A stretch of 64,000 bases of DNA from Lytechinus pictus (taxonomy: Eukaryota): NCBI RefSeq assembly GCF_037042905.1, contig NC_087246.1, positions 1,180,001 through 1,244,000 of the forward strand, in the 5' to 3' direction. Both the position numbers and the translations under genes were made by a program. The first letter of the stretch is position 1. The number at the start of each line of letters is the position of its first letter. Positions 12,534 to 26,500 of this stretch are shown here, piece after piece. The notes under the pieces are model-generated. The model worked only from the letters and a program-made list of their open reading frames with translations. It searched no databases and was not told the DNA's origin.

Positions 12534-14417
12534 AGGAGAATGAAACCTTTGGAACAAGATAGCTTGTGTGAAAACAGAAAAATCTAAGAAACAGACCAAC
12601 GAAAGTTTGAGAAAAATCGGACAAATAATGAAAAAGTTATGATAATTTGAATATTGCGATCACCAATGCTATGGAGATCCTCACGTTGGCAATGCGACAA
12701 AGATGTGTGATGTCACTCGTGAACAACTCTCCCCATTACTTTAGTAAATATTTCACTTAAACTGCCTCTTTTACCACATCTATCAGTACATCATGTGTTC
12801 TATATAGGAGGGCATGTAATACAGATGTTTAAAGAATACATCATGGATAAAAAGTTTTGTATATCACCATAAGAAAAAGCAAAAAGAAACATTTTGGGGG
12901 TATTTTATAGTCCATTAAAGGGAAAGTTGTTCACATGTGACATCACACATCCTTGTCGCATCGCCAATGTGAGGATCTCCATAGCATAAATGATTGCAAT
13001 ATTCAAATGCTCATAACTTTCTCATTATTTGTCCGATTTTTCTCACACTTTCTTGTTCTTATTCTTAGATTTTTCTGTTTCGACACAAGCCTAACTGTTC
13101 CAAAGGTTTCATTCCCCTTTAAACCGGAACTTTTGTGTAATGCATTGATACCGTGTATGACTCCGACCTTGATTATAGTTAAAGGAGAATGAAACCTTTA
13201 GAACAAGATAGCTTGTGTGAAAACAGAAAAATCAAAGAAACGGATCAATGAAAGTTTGAGAAAAATCAGACAAATAATGAGAAAGTTATGAGCATTTGAA
13301 TATTGCGATCACTAATGCTATGGAGATCCTCATATTGGCAATGCAACAAAGATGTGTGACATCACTGTGAACAACTCTCCCCATTACTTTACTATATATT
13401 TCACTTAAATTGCCTCTTTTATCACATCTATCAGTACATCATGAGTTCTTTCTATAGGAGGGCATGTAATACAGATCTTTAAAGAATACATCATGGATAA
13501 AGAGTTTGTATCACCATAAGAAAAAGCAAAAAGAAACATTTTGGGGGTATTTTATAGTCCATTAAAGGGAAAGTTGTTCACATGTGACATCACACATCCT
13601 TGTCGCATCGCCAATGTGAGGATCTCCATAGCATAAATGATTGCAATATTCAAATGCTCATAACTTTCTCATTATTTGTCCGATTTTTCTCACACTTTCT
13701 TGTTCTTATTCTTAGATTTTTCTGTTTCGACACAAGCCTAACTGTTCCAAAGGTTTCATTCCCCTTTAAACCGGTACTTTTGTGTAATGCATTATATACC
13801 GTGTATGACTCCGACCTTGATTATAGTTAAAGGAGAATGAAACCTTTAGAACAAGATAGCTTGTGTGAAAACAGAAAAATCAAAGAAACGGATCAATGAA
13901 AGTTTGAGAAAAATCAGACAAATAATGAGAAAGTTATGAGCATTTGAATATTGCGATCACTAATGCTATGGAGATCCTCATATTGGCAATGCAACAAAGA
14001 TGTGTGACATCACTTGTGAACAACTCTCCCCATTATACTTTACTATATATTTCACTTAAATTGCCTCTTTTATCACATCTATCAGTACATCATGAGTTCT
14101 TTCTATAGGAGGGCATGTAATACAGATCTTTAAAGAATACATCATGGATAAAGAGTTTGTATCACCATAAGAAAAAGCAAAAAGAGACATTTTGGGTGTA
14201 TTTTATAGTCCATCTAAGGGAAAGTTGTTCACATGTGACATCACACATCCTTATCGCATTGCCAATGGGAGGATCTACATAGCATTAGTGATTGCCATAT
14301 TCAAATGCTCATACCTTTCTCATTATTTGTCCAATTTTTTTCAAACTTTCGTTGATCTGTTTCTTTGATTTGTCTGTTTCGACACAAGCCTACTTGTTCC
14401 AAAGGTTTCATTCCCCT
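12534..14417. mobile_element. Three tandem TTAA-flanked MITEs, family B (Kolobok-like): 12534-13118, 13183-13765, 13831-14417
   Basis: Each copy is TTAA|aggagaatgaaacc ... ggtttcattcccct|TTAA; the copies are separated by near-identical 56-57-bp spacers. Confidence 0.88.
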
Positions 14418-15024
14418 TTAATGTTTTTATAGAAAATAAAACACCCTATAGTTTTTATGGGGTGATATGATACCAAGCTTATATTACATGTTTTGATCAA
14501 AGTCTTGTTAAATTCCCTGACATCATTCGACCTATCATTAAAATCAATGTACTTTAGGCGATCGATCTTGTCATGTATTTTATCTCTTGTAATCTTTATA
14601 TTTGCATTTCACTTGCTTCAAGCTTAAATTAGTCACCAAACACGATAGGTTTATTATATAAACTGTCATATTCTGTCATGATTACTTATAGGCCTATAAA
14701 AAGTGGGCGAGGTTCGTAACATCAGAAAATAGAAATTTCCAAAGGCTGAGGGCCGGGGAAGTACCCGTCAGAATCCTGATAAACACATCCTCTAATTTTT
14801 CTTTTGGTAAAAAAATGCACAATACCCAAATTATGCTGTATTCCACTGAAACATGAAATATTCCCATTATGTTGCATTACTTACATTTGTGAATCAATTT
14901 GACCTCTTATGACCTTAGATTAACTTCATGCCCTAGGCACGTTTTAAATGCCTATATATATAGTGATTCATATAATTATGTGGATTTCATTTTGCATTTG
15001 ATTTAATTTCATATCAAACATGAT

Positions 15025-15336
15025 GGCCCGTATTCTGAAGTCGGGTTTAACTTAAACTCAGGTTTAAAGTTGTGGTTTAAGTATGAATAGCCAATTGTTA
15101 AATAAATTACTAACAGTCGAGATACCATATTTTAGCTCATTTGGCTCTCAAATCATTCATAATTGTCTAGGAAGTATAAGAAGATGAGTTTCTTCACCAT
15201 CGATGAATCGGGAAAGAGCACAACAAACATAAGAAACATACAACTGAATAAACATTTTGACACTTTTGGCTTGGCCATAATTTTAGCACAGAGTTATACC
15301 ATGGTCTAAGTTAAACCTGACTTCAGAATACGGGCC
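15025..15336. mobile_element. MITE, PIF/Harbinger-like
   Basis: ggcccgtattctgaagtc ... gacttcagaatacgggcc TIRs with a 3-bp GAT duplication on both sides. Confidence 0.8.
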
Positions 15337-15549
15337 GATATGTTTATTTTGTAAAATTCAAGAGGAAAGTAACACGTTCGTGAGGTTTATGACGTCAAAA
15401 AATAAAATTCCTCAAGATGCCAAGTTGGCACCCATCGGATTCTTAATATGCACACCCTCAGCTAAACCTTTGCCCCCCCCAACATGCATAAAATACTATT
15501 TGTTTGTATTTAAGACATGATTTATGTTCGGCATCATATATATTATTTG

Positions 15550-17635
15550 CATTTGGTTTGATTTGATTTGATTTGATTTATTGTTTTGCATTCATAACAT
15601 TCGTATAAAATACATTTTCCATTACATAACAAACATAATATATTGGTAATTGATATGATAAGAATCATAAAGGAAAACAATACTAAATAAAAAAGTCATT
15701 CTAAACAAATATGATCTACTACCAAAAAAATAATTATAACAACAATTTGCAGAAGGATTGTCATTATAAGTAGATTGCTTGAAAAAATGACAACCCCGGA
15801 ATAAAACTCATCAAATCAATAATTATTTCTAAAGCAGAATGGAAATTTTGTTTTGTTCATAATTGTATAATGATGAAGATGGAGATGATAAGAATGAGGA
15901 TGATGGTGATACTCATAAAAATGAAGGTAATGATGGAGGAGATGATGATGATGATGACGATGGTGGTGGTGGTGGTGGTATATGGGAGAGTATTTGGTGA
16001 TGATTAAACCACAGGAATAGTGATTTAATGATTAACTGAAATTCTGACACAGAAAACTTACTTTAAGTATTCTGATAATAACATGGATTTTACATTTGCC
16101 TTAAATGAGTAAACAGATGAACATCTTTTGATAGATTGGTAGAGAGTTCCATAAATCGGGACCGCGGTGTCTTATGGATCTCTGTGCAATGAGCAATTTG
16201 GGGTTGGAAAATTGGAAGAGTTCCGTGTAGGGTACGAATGAATAGATGTGTTCATTGTATAAAAATTGTGGAATGAAGGTGGAAGCTTTTTATTTACGAA
16301 CTTGAACATCAGCAGTAAATTTTGAAGTGAATTTATGCCAAATAGAGTCTTTAGTTTATGGAATAATGGGTTTGTGTGTGATAAATACTACGAATCAGTA
16401 TAAATTCGACTAATAGCTTTTTTCTGTAATAGATATATTGTATTAATTTTAGTTTTGGCACAGGTTGCCCAAACTATATTGCAATACGATATATAGGGTA
16501 AAATAATAATTGCATAGTGTGACAAGGGTAGTTTGTGTAATGATTTTCTTCACTTTGTAAAGTACACCGACGATTCTCGAGATACTAGTAGATATGCGCC
16601 GTGGAAGCGCCCGATAGCGGTTCTGACTCTCGCCTTGTAATCAGAGGGTCGTGTGTTCGAATCCCGCCATGGCCTAGCGTCCTTTGGCAAGGCGTCAATC
16701 CACAATTTGCCACTCTCCACCCAGGTGTTAAATGGGTACCCGGTATAGGATGCGAAAGCCTATGTAGTATGCCTAGCAATTGAGTCTTGGAACTCTTGTT
16801 GGAATGCTCCCCAGGGAGTGGAGAAGGTACATACATTGTATGCGGGCATGCAAGGATCCAATGACCGGGGTAATAATATATCTGTAAAGCGCTTAGAGAC
16901 GTCGTTTCGATGTGTTAAGCGCTATATAAATGCGGAATATTATTATTATTATTATGCAACGTATACGTTCCAATTCAAATTTTCATCTATTGAATCACCA
17001 AAAATGTTGTATTCTTTTTTTTTTTCAGAGGAGTATTGTCTATGATTATTTTGTAAGGAAATTCAGTAATATGTGAATTTGTATGTTTGAAATACATAAA
17101 GTTTGTTTTATCTATATTAAGTGAAAACTTATTACACTTAAACCACATAGATAATTTTGGCAATTCACGATTAATTGTATCAACTAAAGTTTCTAATCTA
17201 TTATGACTGTGAACAAAAAATATCTGTGTCATCTGCAAATAATACAAATGATAACAAAGGCATTGAATAAGTCAAATTATTAATTTATATTAATAAGGCA
17301 AGGGACCCAAGATCGATCCTTGTGGAACTCCACGTTTTATTGATTGAAGGTTAGAAGAAATATTATTGTGAATTACTATATTGTTTTCTATCTGATAAAT
17401 AACTCTCAAACCATGATAATGCAATTCCTCTAACTCCATAATTTTCAAGTTTTTAAAGTAAAATTTGATGGTCGAGAGTATCTAAGGCTTTGCTTAGGTC
17501 CAAGAATACTCCTATTATATGTTCTCTATTTGCCATTGCATTATTATGTACTAAATCCTAGTCTGTTAAATATCCTTTCCTGAATCCATATTGGTTTGAA
17601 TTTAGAAAATTTAAAGTATCTAGGAACGTGTAATG
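15550..17635 (-). mobile_element. 5'-truncated CR1-group LINE (L2/Crack/Daphne-like), decayed RT
   Basis: Minus strand FLDLSKALDTLDHQILL, GVPQGSILGP, FADDT, WFKCNKFSLNIDKTNFM and GPDLWNSL; 3' end aataaa(tcaaa)n at ~15555-15582. Confidence 0.85.
16598..16955 (+). mobile_element. tRNA-derived SINE with (TAT)n tail inserted in the LINE
   Basis: B box gttcgaatccc, core ctccacccaggtgttaaatgggtacc, tail aagcgctatataaatgc..(tat)n; tatgc is repeated at both ends. Confidence 0.85.
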
Positions 17636-17940
17636 TCGGGTCGTGGTGTCCCACAGTGGACTGTCAGAAATACTGAGATAAAGCAGCTAGTAAACAAGGA
17701 CATACAAAACTGAAAAACAACTTTAACAAGAATAAGTTTTCACAGATGCCTTCAAATTGGAATAACTTCCACGTAACAATGTAATGTGGAGTTAATACAT
17801 TTCATATTGAATTCCCCATAAATGACATAATGTTCATATCTGCATTGACACATCGTTGTTCACAAAGTAATTTTCAATCCTTGATAAGAACTTTCCGTTT
17901 GGTTCCATCGCTTTGAAAGGTAGAAGAGCTAGGAAAACAG

Positions 17941-18049
17941 TAGCATCTGTAGTCGAGGCTCTGGCGGCTGCTTCGGAACCCGAGCGAAGCGAGGAATATG
18001 ATCACTCGCTTCGCTCGGAAGCAGCCGCTAAAGCCTCGACAACAGGCTA
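17941..18049. repeat. 109-bp GC-rich hairpin mini-element
   Basis: tagc..gtcgaggct..gcggctgcttc..cgagcgaagcgag / ctcgcttcgctcg.gaagcagccgc..agcctcgac..gcta, flanked by ctaggaaa(a)cag direct repeats. Confidence 0.75.
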
Positions 18050-18143
18050 TCTAGGAAACAGGGCAAGGGCCTTGAAACAGGGGTATCAGCGCCATCTACG
18101 GTAGAAACCCTGATGCCTCCATAGAGTTAGATAAGCGTAGGGG

Positions 18144-18895
18144 CAGGGGCGGCGGAGCGAAGTTGAAAGTGGGGGGGGGGGGGGGGGCGGGCACAGGGAA
18201 AGAAGGACACATTTTCTTTTGAAAAGGGCACTATCTTAAAACAAATAAAAATGACTTATCTACAGTGGTGTTATGGATAAAAAAATTGAGGGGGCTAGAT
18301 ATGTCGTAAGATTTATAAGAAGGAGCGAGCGAGCGAGCAAAACTATTCTGACATTTTTTAACGAAAATCTAATTTTTTGTAATAGATTTTGACAACTTAA
18401 ATATAAAAAAAAATGATATCACATTTCACCATTCTCTCTTTCCTTTTCTCTTCTTTTTTCTTGGTCGTGGATTTGGGAACGGGACAAGACAACCCCCATC
18501 TGTACGCCTCGATCTGCTAATCTATACCCCACTCACATGACTCATGAAGCTTAATTAAGGCACGTAGGATTATCCTAAATGAGAACATTGTTTTCTTGTT
18601 TCAAAGGGGCACTTGTTAACACATACAATGTGTCCTACTCAGGTGACATGGGCACAGAACACGTTCATGTGGGGCACTTTTCTTGGGTAAAAAGGGGGAG
18701 ACTGATACGAGATAGGGCACTTACAAGAAGGCAAGGGGGCACTTGCTCACACATAAAATGGGTCCTTCTCAGGTGAAAGGGACACAGTACACGTTCGTGA
18801 GGGGACATTTTTCTTGCGTAAAAAGGGCACTTTTTCAGTGCTTCAAAAAGTGGGAGGGCACTGTGCCCCCAGCTCCCCTAGGCGCACCGCCCCTG
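18144..18895. mobile_element. Non-autonomous DNA element with CAGGGGCGG termini
   Basis: caggggcgg ... ccgcccctg ends and repeated internal agggcac motifs. Confidence 0.6.
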
Positions 18896-19817
18896 CACTA
18901 CAATCAACAAGGATTATAATGAAGAAAAAAAAAAATTTCAAAAAGATTAGCGAATAAATACAAGACTCCATGTATGACATTATACATATAGATAACAGTT
19001 TCCTCTTCTGTATGGTCCTAACCGTGCACCTATAATAATAGCAGGGCCAGCTGGGAGAACAGTTTTCAGAACTGAAGTGGCTTCCCTGGGTACTTATATT
19101 ATTATTATCATTATAACCTATAACCAGCTAAAATTATCTTATGACCTGTACACAAATCCTTCCCACCCTGGCGGCTGATGTTCATAGTTCATTTATTTCT
19201 TCCTTTCACAACAAACATGCACACGTGACAGTAGTTTAAAAAATAACAAGAAACACAGAATAGATTTTAAACATAACATATTGAAGTCGTTACATAAATC
19301 ATGTTTACATTATAGAGTAGGATTCCAGACACAAGAGTTACACAAAATTTACATTGAAAGAAAGAGGAATCTTAAAAAAGCTAGGCATGTCAAGATAAGG
19401 TCCCCAATTAGCATACAATATACGTACATAATTACGTTTTAAATACATTGAATAAGACTACAAAAACCCAGATCTACAAATGGAAAGAAAAGGAAAGAAG
19501 AAAATACAAAAAGAAATTAAAAGAAGGAAAGAACATAAATATGTATAATAATGAAAAAGACAGCAATGAAAAGGAAATAAAAGATAGAGATTAAGAAATG
19601 AGGAGAAGGGTTATGGACTGGTGATGAGACGGCAAAGACAGAGAGCAAGAAGAGAGGCGTGCATGAGGGATAGGAGGTGTACATACAACATAACAAAAAG
19701 GGGTTTATAAGGTAAGCACCAAACCCCAATAAGAAGAGAGAGAGAAAAAAAGAAGTATGCAACAAAATACAAAGGATGATTAGTTATATCATTCGTAAAA
19801 ACTTATTTTACACTACA

Positions 19818-21608
19818 TCATAGGCTGATCCAGGCCCCCCCCCCCCCATTGGCGGAGCAAAAAAAGGGGCAAAGAAAGAAGAAAAAGAGGGTAAAAAGAG
19901 GAGGAAAGGAAAAGGAAAATAAGAGGAGCATGACGATTGAATAAAATAAGATGAGGGGGGACCTAAAAAATAAAAAAAAACTTTCATGTCACTATCTAAA
20001 ATTTTCGCTCGCGCTTCGCGCTCGCATTGCCTAATCGATGATACATATCTTGCTCAATAAGCTGATAATAGACTTTGAAGTCAATATATAACATATTTCA
20101 ATTCGGACATTGATCTTTCATTATTTTGTTCGATTTACACATCAATTTGAGAAAAAAGTGCTTTGTAAAATGTCTGTTTTATCGTCTGAATATCATCATC
20201 TTTAGCTCGCGCTGGGCGCTTGTATTCTAATTGAGTTACAGTATGTATACCTCTATAATAATTCTTTAAAGATGAAAAATTTCGGCTCGTGATTTGCGCT
20301 TGAATCAATTGTTTAAATATACTTATATATGCATCCTATTCATAATTACAAAAGTGCTTAAAATTTCCAGTTTTCATGCCTTGATATCAACAAATTTCGG
20401 TTTATTAGATTAATGAATAAGATAATAAAAGTTTTATGAATTTCTATATATTTAAAGTGTCCCTTTTTCAGAATGGAATATCAACAAGTTTTATCTCGCA
20501 CTTAGGAAGAGGAATAGGAAGATAGCCATCATTTTCATAATTATGATGACGAAAGTTCTTAGAAAGTCCCGGTCCTAGGTCAAAATAACAATACAAAAAT
20601 ATCAGCTCGCGCTTCGCGCTCACATCATTTATTAAGTGCAATCCATATCCACTTCGTAATTTTCCTACACAGTGCTTGAAATATTGCTTAAAATGACTCT
20701 TTTTAGATCAGAATATCAAATATTTTCAGCTCACGCTTCGTGCTCGCATTATTGATATTCATGACAAAATTATATTTTGAATGCCCAGATTCTAGTTCTA
20801 AATCTAAAACATGCGCACGCATGTTTATTGAGATACGTAGCTTGTTCTTTATTCAAAACGTGCTTAAATTATCCAGTTTCAGATCAGAATATAAAAAAAA
20901 TTCTGCTCAAGCTTCACGCTCGCATTATGTATGTAGGAAGATACCCAATTATCAAGTTTTCATTAATTGAGTGTCACGCTTTTATGTCTTGATCTCATTT
21001 TCCCGCTTACTCTTAACGCTTGCATCAATCGTTCAATCGTTCAGTTGTAGGGCCTATCTACCCTATTCATGATTACAAAAACAAGTGCTGAGAATTCCAT
21101 TTTTTAGGTCAGAACGTTAAAAAATTCAGCTCGTCTTATTTGGGTGAAATATGTATTGTCTTCATGACCAACTGAAAACAGTCTTTAACATGTCCCTTTT
21201 CGATAAGGCTGGAATGTCTTTTAAAACTTTTTTGCTCGCGCTTCGCGCTCGCAGTAATTAGTTACATACGCATTTTGTTCAGAATCAGAGACATTGTCCA
21301 GAATGTTCAATTTTCAGGACAAATACATGAAATTTAAAACAAAAATTAGCTCGCGTTTCGCGCTCGCACTATTTAAATAGAGCATAAATGGGATTATTAT
21401 TATATATGTATATATATATCTATATATATATATATATACATATATGTGTGTGTGTGTGTGTGTGTTTGGACTATCCCCTACCCCTTCAAAGAAACAAACA
21501 AAGATCAATTTTGTGCGGATGATTGGGGAAAATATGGGTGAAAAAAAATTTGCGCGCCCCCCCCCCCCCCCCCCCCCCCATATTGGCGAAAGCTGGATCC
21601 GCCTCTGC
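19818..21608. repeat. Interspersed repeat / non-autonomous DNA element (same family as 10535-11785)
   Basis: Ends cataggctgatccag / ctggatccgcctctg, poly-C near both ends, many gctcgcgcttcgcgctc subunits, (TA)n(TG)n microsatellite at ~21400-21465. Confidence 0.75.
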
Positions 21609-23199
21609 ACTACATAGTTTTAAGAATTTCAGCCTAATTTTTCAGCAAATGTATAATTTCAGCTTACGTTTAAAAACAGACCCACTGACAGTTACGCCAA
21701 TGGGAAGTGTGTCCCAAAACCTTGGACCGATAACGGGTAATGTATTCAGAGCAAAGATACCCGCCTAGACTATTAGCAATAACATAAAAATCACAATGAG
21801 GGCAAAAGTCCACATGCATGCGCCATTTCCCTCTAAACCTTATTTGCATACAGACCAAAACAATTCTATTTTCGGCGACGTATTGCTATGCGAAGTCCAA
21901 AGTAGGGCGAGTTCATTGATCTAGTAGGGGTGCCCAATAGAGATATCTATTATGGGGTGACCATCGAATATGGTGAAATTGGCGCACGTGTGAAAGATGT
22001 TGGAGACAAGTCACGGGAATAAGCCTCTGAGAGAAGCTTGTATAATTAAAAAATGATAATTCAAATCATATGTTTTGTTTTGACAAATATCGCTTCTTCA
22101 AAAGTGGAATCTTTCATTGAGACACCAAAAATCAAACAGGGCATAATAATGGCATAAAATGGTTGAATTCGTGAATGAGCTCTATCATAAAAATATACTA
22201 TCTGACGGGATCTGATCACACATAAATTGTATATTTTTCAATAGGGCAGGAAGTCACAGTTGTACTCGTTCTCATTATCTCCTTTACATAATATGGAAGT
22301 ATGCATACCCGGGTTAATTGGGCAACTCGATCGCGAAGGGGCTGACGAGGGGAGGGATGAAGCCAGGCTGGATATACGAATTATGTATATGATTATTATG
22401 CCATGGTGTAAACAAAGCTTAATAATACTTTCAACCGGAAATGGTTTAGACACTACTGGTGGGAGGTATTTTGTATTTCATTTTGGAATTAAACTTTTTT
22501 ATAAAGACTAGGCGACAAACTTTCTTTCTCCAACTGTGCACTTTTCCTGTTTTGCGCCAGTGCCAGTGACTCCTTTTGACCGGACCTTATGAACCCAATG
22601 CCCCGACAACACGTGGACTGATACTGATACAAAATGAGCCAAATGAAATCTAGCTATTGGCAATGCACGCTCAGTACAAAAAATGTTGCCAATGATAGAA
22701 AAGAAATGTTAGAAAAATATTTGCCCATTTACTTCTTAATTTTTATTTATTTATATATATATTTTTTTCGGCATCAAGAATGGGGGGGGGGGGTATATAG
22801 CCTTAATTGATTGCCCCCTATTATAAGCCCCTTTTTTCCCCGTCCTCGTGAGTCCCTGCGGCTGCATTCCCGATGCATTATCAATGTCATCATCGACTTC
22901 ATCATATAACCTCAATTAATTCAATGCAAGTATTATCATCGTCATACTCATCGTTATTATTGTCAGATTAGATTTCTTATATTATCGCGACGGTATTCTA
23001 TACAGCTGATTTCGACTCATGAAGAACAAAGGAGGAAGTCTAACTAGTTCACAGTTGGTCAGACTAAATATATACATAAAGGAAAGTCGAGTATAATAAA
23101 TTTTCTGCAGGCAACAAAGACATTCCATCATCAGTTATGATTTTCAGCCCCCTCCCCCCCCCCCCCCCCCCTCCATCCTCTCTTCTGTGTTCTTTGTTC

Positions 23200-23555
23200 T
23201 TTTACGCACGTGTCAACCGACGTCTTGAACACCCCTAAAAGACAAATGAAGGTGGCCGGGTCATTTGGATAAGACACAACAAGTGTTATTACTGAGCTGA
23301 ACGAACAACGATCAATCGCGAGCGCGCGTGCGGGAAACTGGTCGTATCGCACGTACAAATCAAAACATTGGAAGCGAAGCTGAAGCAATCCACTGGAATT
23401 TTCCCGCGACATTACGACTAGATTTAGTTCCATCTTTCATCCTACAGAAACCTTTCAGCCACAACCAGCAGTTGGTCAGCCCTAGTTTCTATTGTCCGTC
23501 TGCAGTCTCCATTGTTTATCTCTCCATTACCGTTTTCTACGCAGAGACGTCATTC
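23200..23555 (+). promoter_or_regulatory. Putative promoter and non-coding first exon of the YPEL gene
   Basis: Non-repetitive CpG-rich patch ending at a consensus donor cattc|GTAAGT (23556). CpG-poor intron-like sequence follows. The TSS cannot be determined. Confidence 0.5.
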
Positions 23556-26500
23556 GTAAGTACAGTACGGTACCGTAGGCCGTACCACTGTTTTTATTTA
23601 TCATGCCCATAAATAAGAAAGGCCATATGCAAGTAGGTCCATGCATGTATGTACCCATGGCCATGCTAGGCACATGATCCCCAGCAAGTGACATCAGCTT
23701 TGTGTATATATGGACATCGCTATTCAGATTTATGCAATACACACGTATTAATATTATGCTGCCTTGACCATGCTGCTTTATCAATTTATTGTCTTCAGTA
23801 CATTATTCATCATGTTCATACTAGTTACAGTAGACCCCATTAAAGGAAACAAATTATTATTCATCAATAATAATATTAATGATCAACACTTTGCCTAATT
23901 AGTCAAGACTGCATATTCTTTTTTTATCATCGGAAAGAAGACAAGACAAACTAAGTACTAACTGCAATATTAATAAAAGGATAGGAAAAAGGTCTTTTAT
24001 AGTTTAATTTGTCTTGTATTGTCTTTCCGCTAATGTGTTATTGCAAGTGATGATCACTAACTTGACTAAGAGTTGTATAGTACTTGAGAGTCTTGCATTT
24101 TTTTTATTGGGTTCAATTTGAATTAAAAGATGATGCCTAATTAAATGTTTGAAATTTGTGTCAGATCTTTCAAACATGTACAGTGCATTGTTACAGATGT
24201 TAAGCTTACGTATCTCTGAGTTTGACTTTTTATTTGAATTTGAATGCTGATAGACAAAATATTTATTAAAAAACTTACCAGTAGTGTACTTATTGTTATT
24301 TTCATAATGCATTGCTATTGACCTAAAAATCAGATGATCAGCTGCCCCTTTATTTTTCTGGCATATGGACACAAATATGTTGATGTTTACCTAAAAATGT
24401 TGCCCTTTCCAGCAAATTTACAACATAAGGAAAGATTTCATCAATTTGTAACCAATTTGGGGGGATTTTATCTACATGTAGTTTGCTTCCTGTAAACTAG
24501 TAATTTATTTCCCTTTTCCATATTGTATTTCTTTATCCACCTGTTTTTTTTTTTTGTTTTTTTTTTGGGGGGGTCTTTTTGGCTTTATCTATTGTTGAAT
24601 GGATTGTAGAATTATGTAATGTGAACCAGTGTTTCATCATTTTTAGAATTAGAGTTTTTTCCACTTAAATTTTTTTCTTAGTTAAAAAAAAATGGCATGT
24701 GGGTTACTGTACATTTGCAATAATTTCTTTCTTTTTTATTTTTGGGGATAAGAATTGAATATGTAGCTGCATGCCAAGTGCAAACTGATAAAGACAAAGT
24801 ACTGTATTTGATAGATTTTACTTTTTGCATTCCATTAATTCTGTAGTTATTTGATTTGTTGAAGTGCTGTATGTTACAATTTGATTAAAAAAAGTAAAAC
24901 TTAACTTTGTGTAAAGATAAGTTTAATTAAATTGTGATTGTGAATGTGATGCTTGCAAATTGCATATCTTATTTGTGCCTTGGCGTATATTAAGTCTTTG
25001 AAACATTGTGTATTGTTTATCAAATAACTATCTACATGTACATGTAGAACTAGTTCTTTTAAAGCTCAAAGTCTTTGATGATGCATGCGGTTTTTATCAG
25101 TTCTATAGCCATGTGCACTTGATGCACGTGTCACTAAGGTATTTCCTTGCATTGTTTATAATCCCTGAGCTAAGAAAGGAAGCAACATCTTACTCATTTT
25201 CTGATCCTTTAATGAGGTGAAAAGCTAATCATCATTCCTATTCATTTGTGTGGAGTGGTTGTTTTGTTGAAAAATACAGCAAGTTCCATCGGACCCTTTT
25301 CTTTTCTCCTCACTTTTTGTTTGTTTGTTTTTAAAGGAATATATGTACATGTATACATTTAGCTGTGTGATTTTTTTTCTTGGAAATTAATCTATAGAAA
25401 ATTAAAGGATACACAAGTCCTACACAAGTGAGTGTTTTATACATTTTATTTGGGTGGGATGTTTCCCATATTGGTTCTGTGGTTTTCAATACATAGGCCT
25501 ACATGTGTTTCAATATGCTGCAGAACAGAAGATGATCCAATTAAATGATTTGAAACAACAAGAAATGAATGTAGATTGTTTTTGTCAAGGTCCAATTAAC
25601 ACCACTGAGGGGACCATCAGTTGCTTGCCAACCTCTATTATCCAGTCTCTCATTCTGAGTGATTCATGATTTAATTGTTTACTCACTCACAGCACAGACT
25701 TGATTGACATGCAAAACAGTATTCCCAACTTGACTCCTTTTTATGATTGAGGATATTGTGACCAACTGCATGTACATCATATAGACGAACAGGTAGTCTG
25801 CAGGAACAGACCTTTGGTTTTTGTAATTTGCATAGTACAGTAATGCAAAGTCTGAAGTAATGAGACTAGATTCACTATGTACTGTGGCTACATACCTCTC
25901 ACAGACAGAGAGTTTGGCATCTAGTCTTGACTCTAGGCATGGTACATGTATAATCGGTTTAAGTGTCAAACATGAGTTTGTGCTTGCAGACTAGCCTACA
26001 TCCTATTAAAGTAAATCTACACTGTAGGCAAATGGTATGAAATTGTTTGTACGGTCTTCGTAAAAGTACCGGTACATGAATTTGTTACCATAGCATAACC
26101 ATTATAATGTGAAAGGCTTACATAAACTTCATACAATTTAATTACTATTCATATGATACTGTTGTACACATACATGTACATGTAGAGATGGCTTTTCAAG
26201 TTTATAGTGTCATTCAAAAGAATCCCATTATTAAAAAATATATATTAAATGAAATGCTGAAAAAATAATTAAAACATTACATTATTAAATTTAAAAGGCA
26301 TTAGGTGTGGTGTACAGGTGTATAAACATTTTGAACAGTTTGTAACTGTGTAAATACTGTATGTCCAATGAGGGTTGAAGAATTGAAGGATGATGATTTA
26401 TTCATACCATGTTCCATTATGATGCGCAAAGAGAGAGAGAGAGAGGGAGGAATGAAAATTGGATTGAATTCAATTTAAGCATGGATTACTCGACCCCTAC

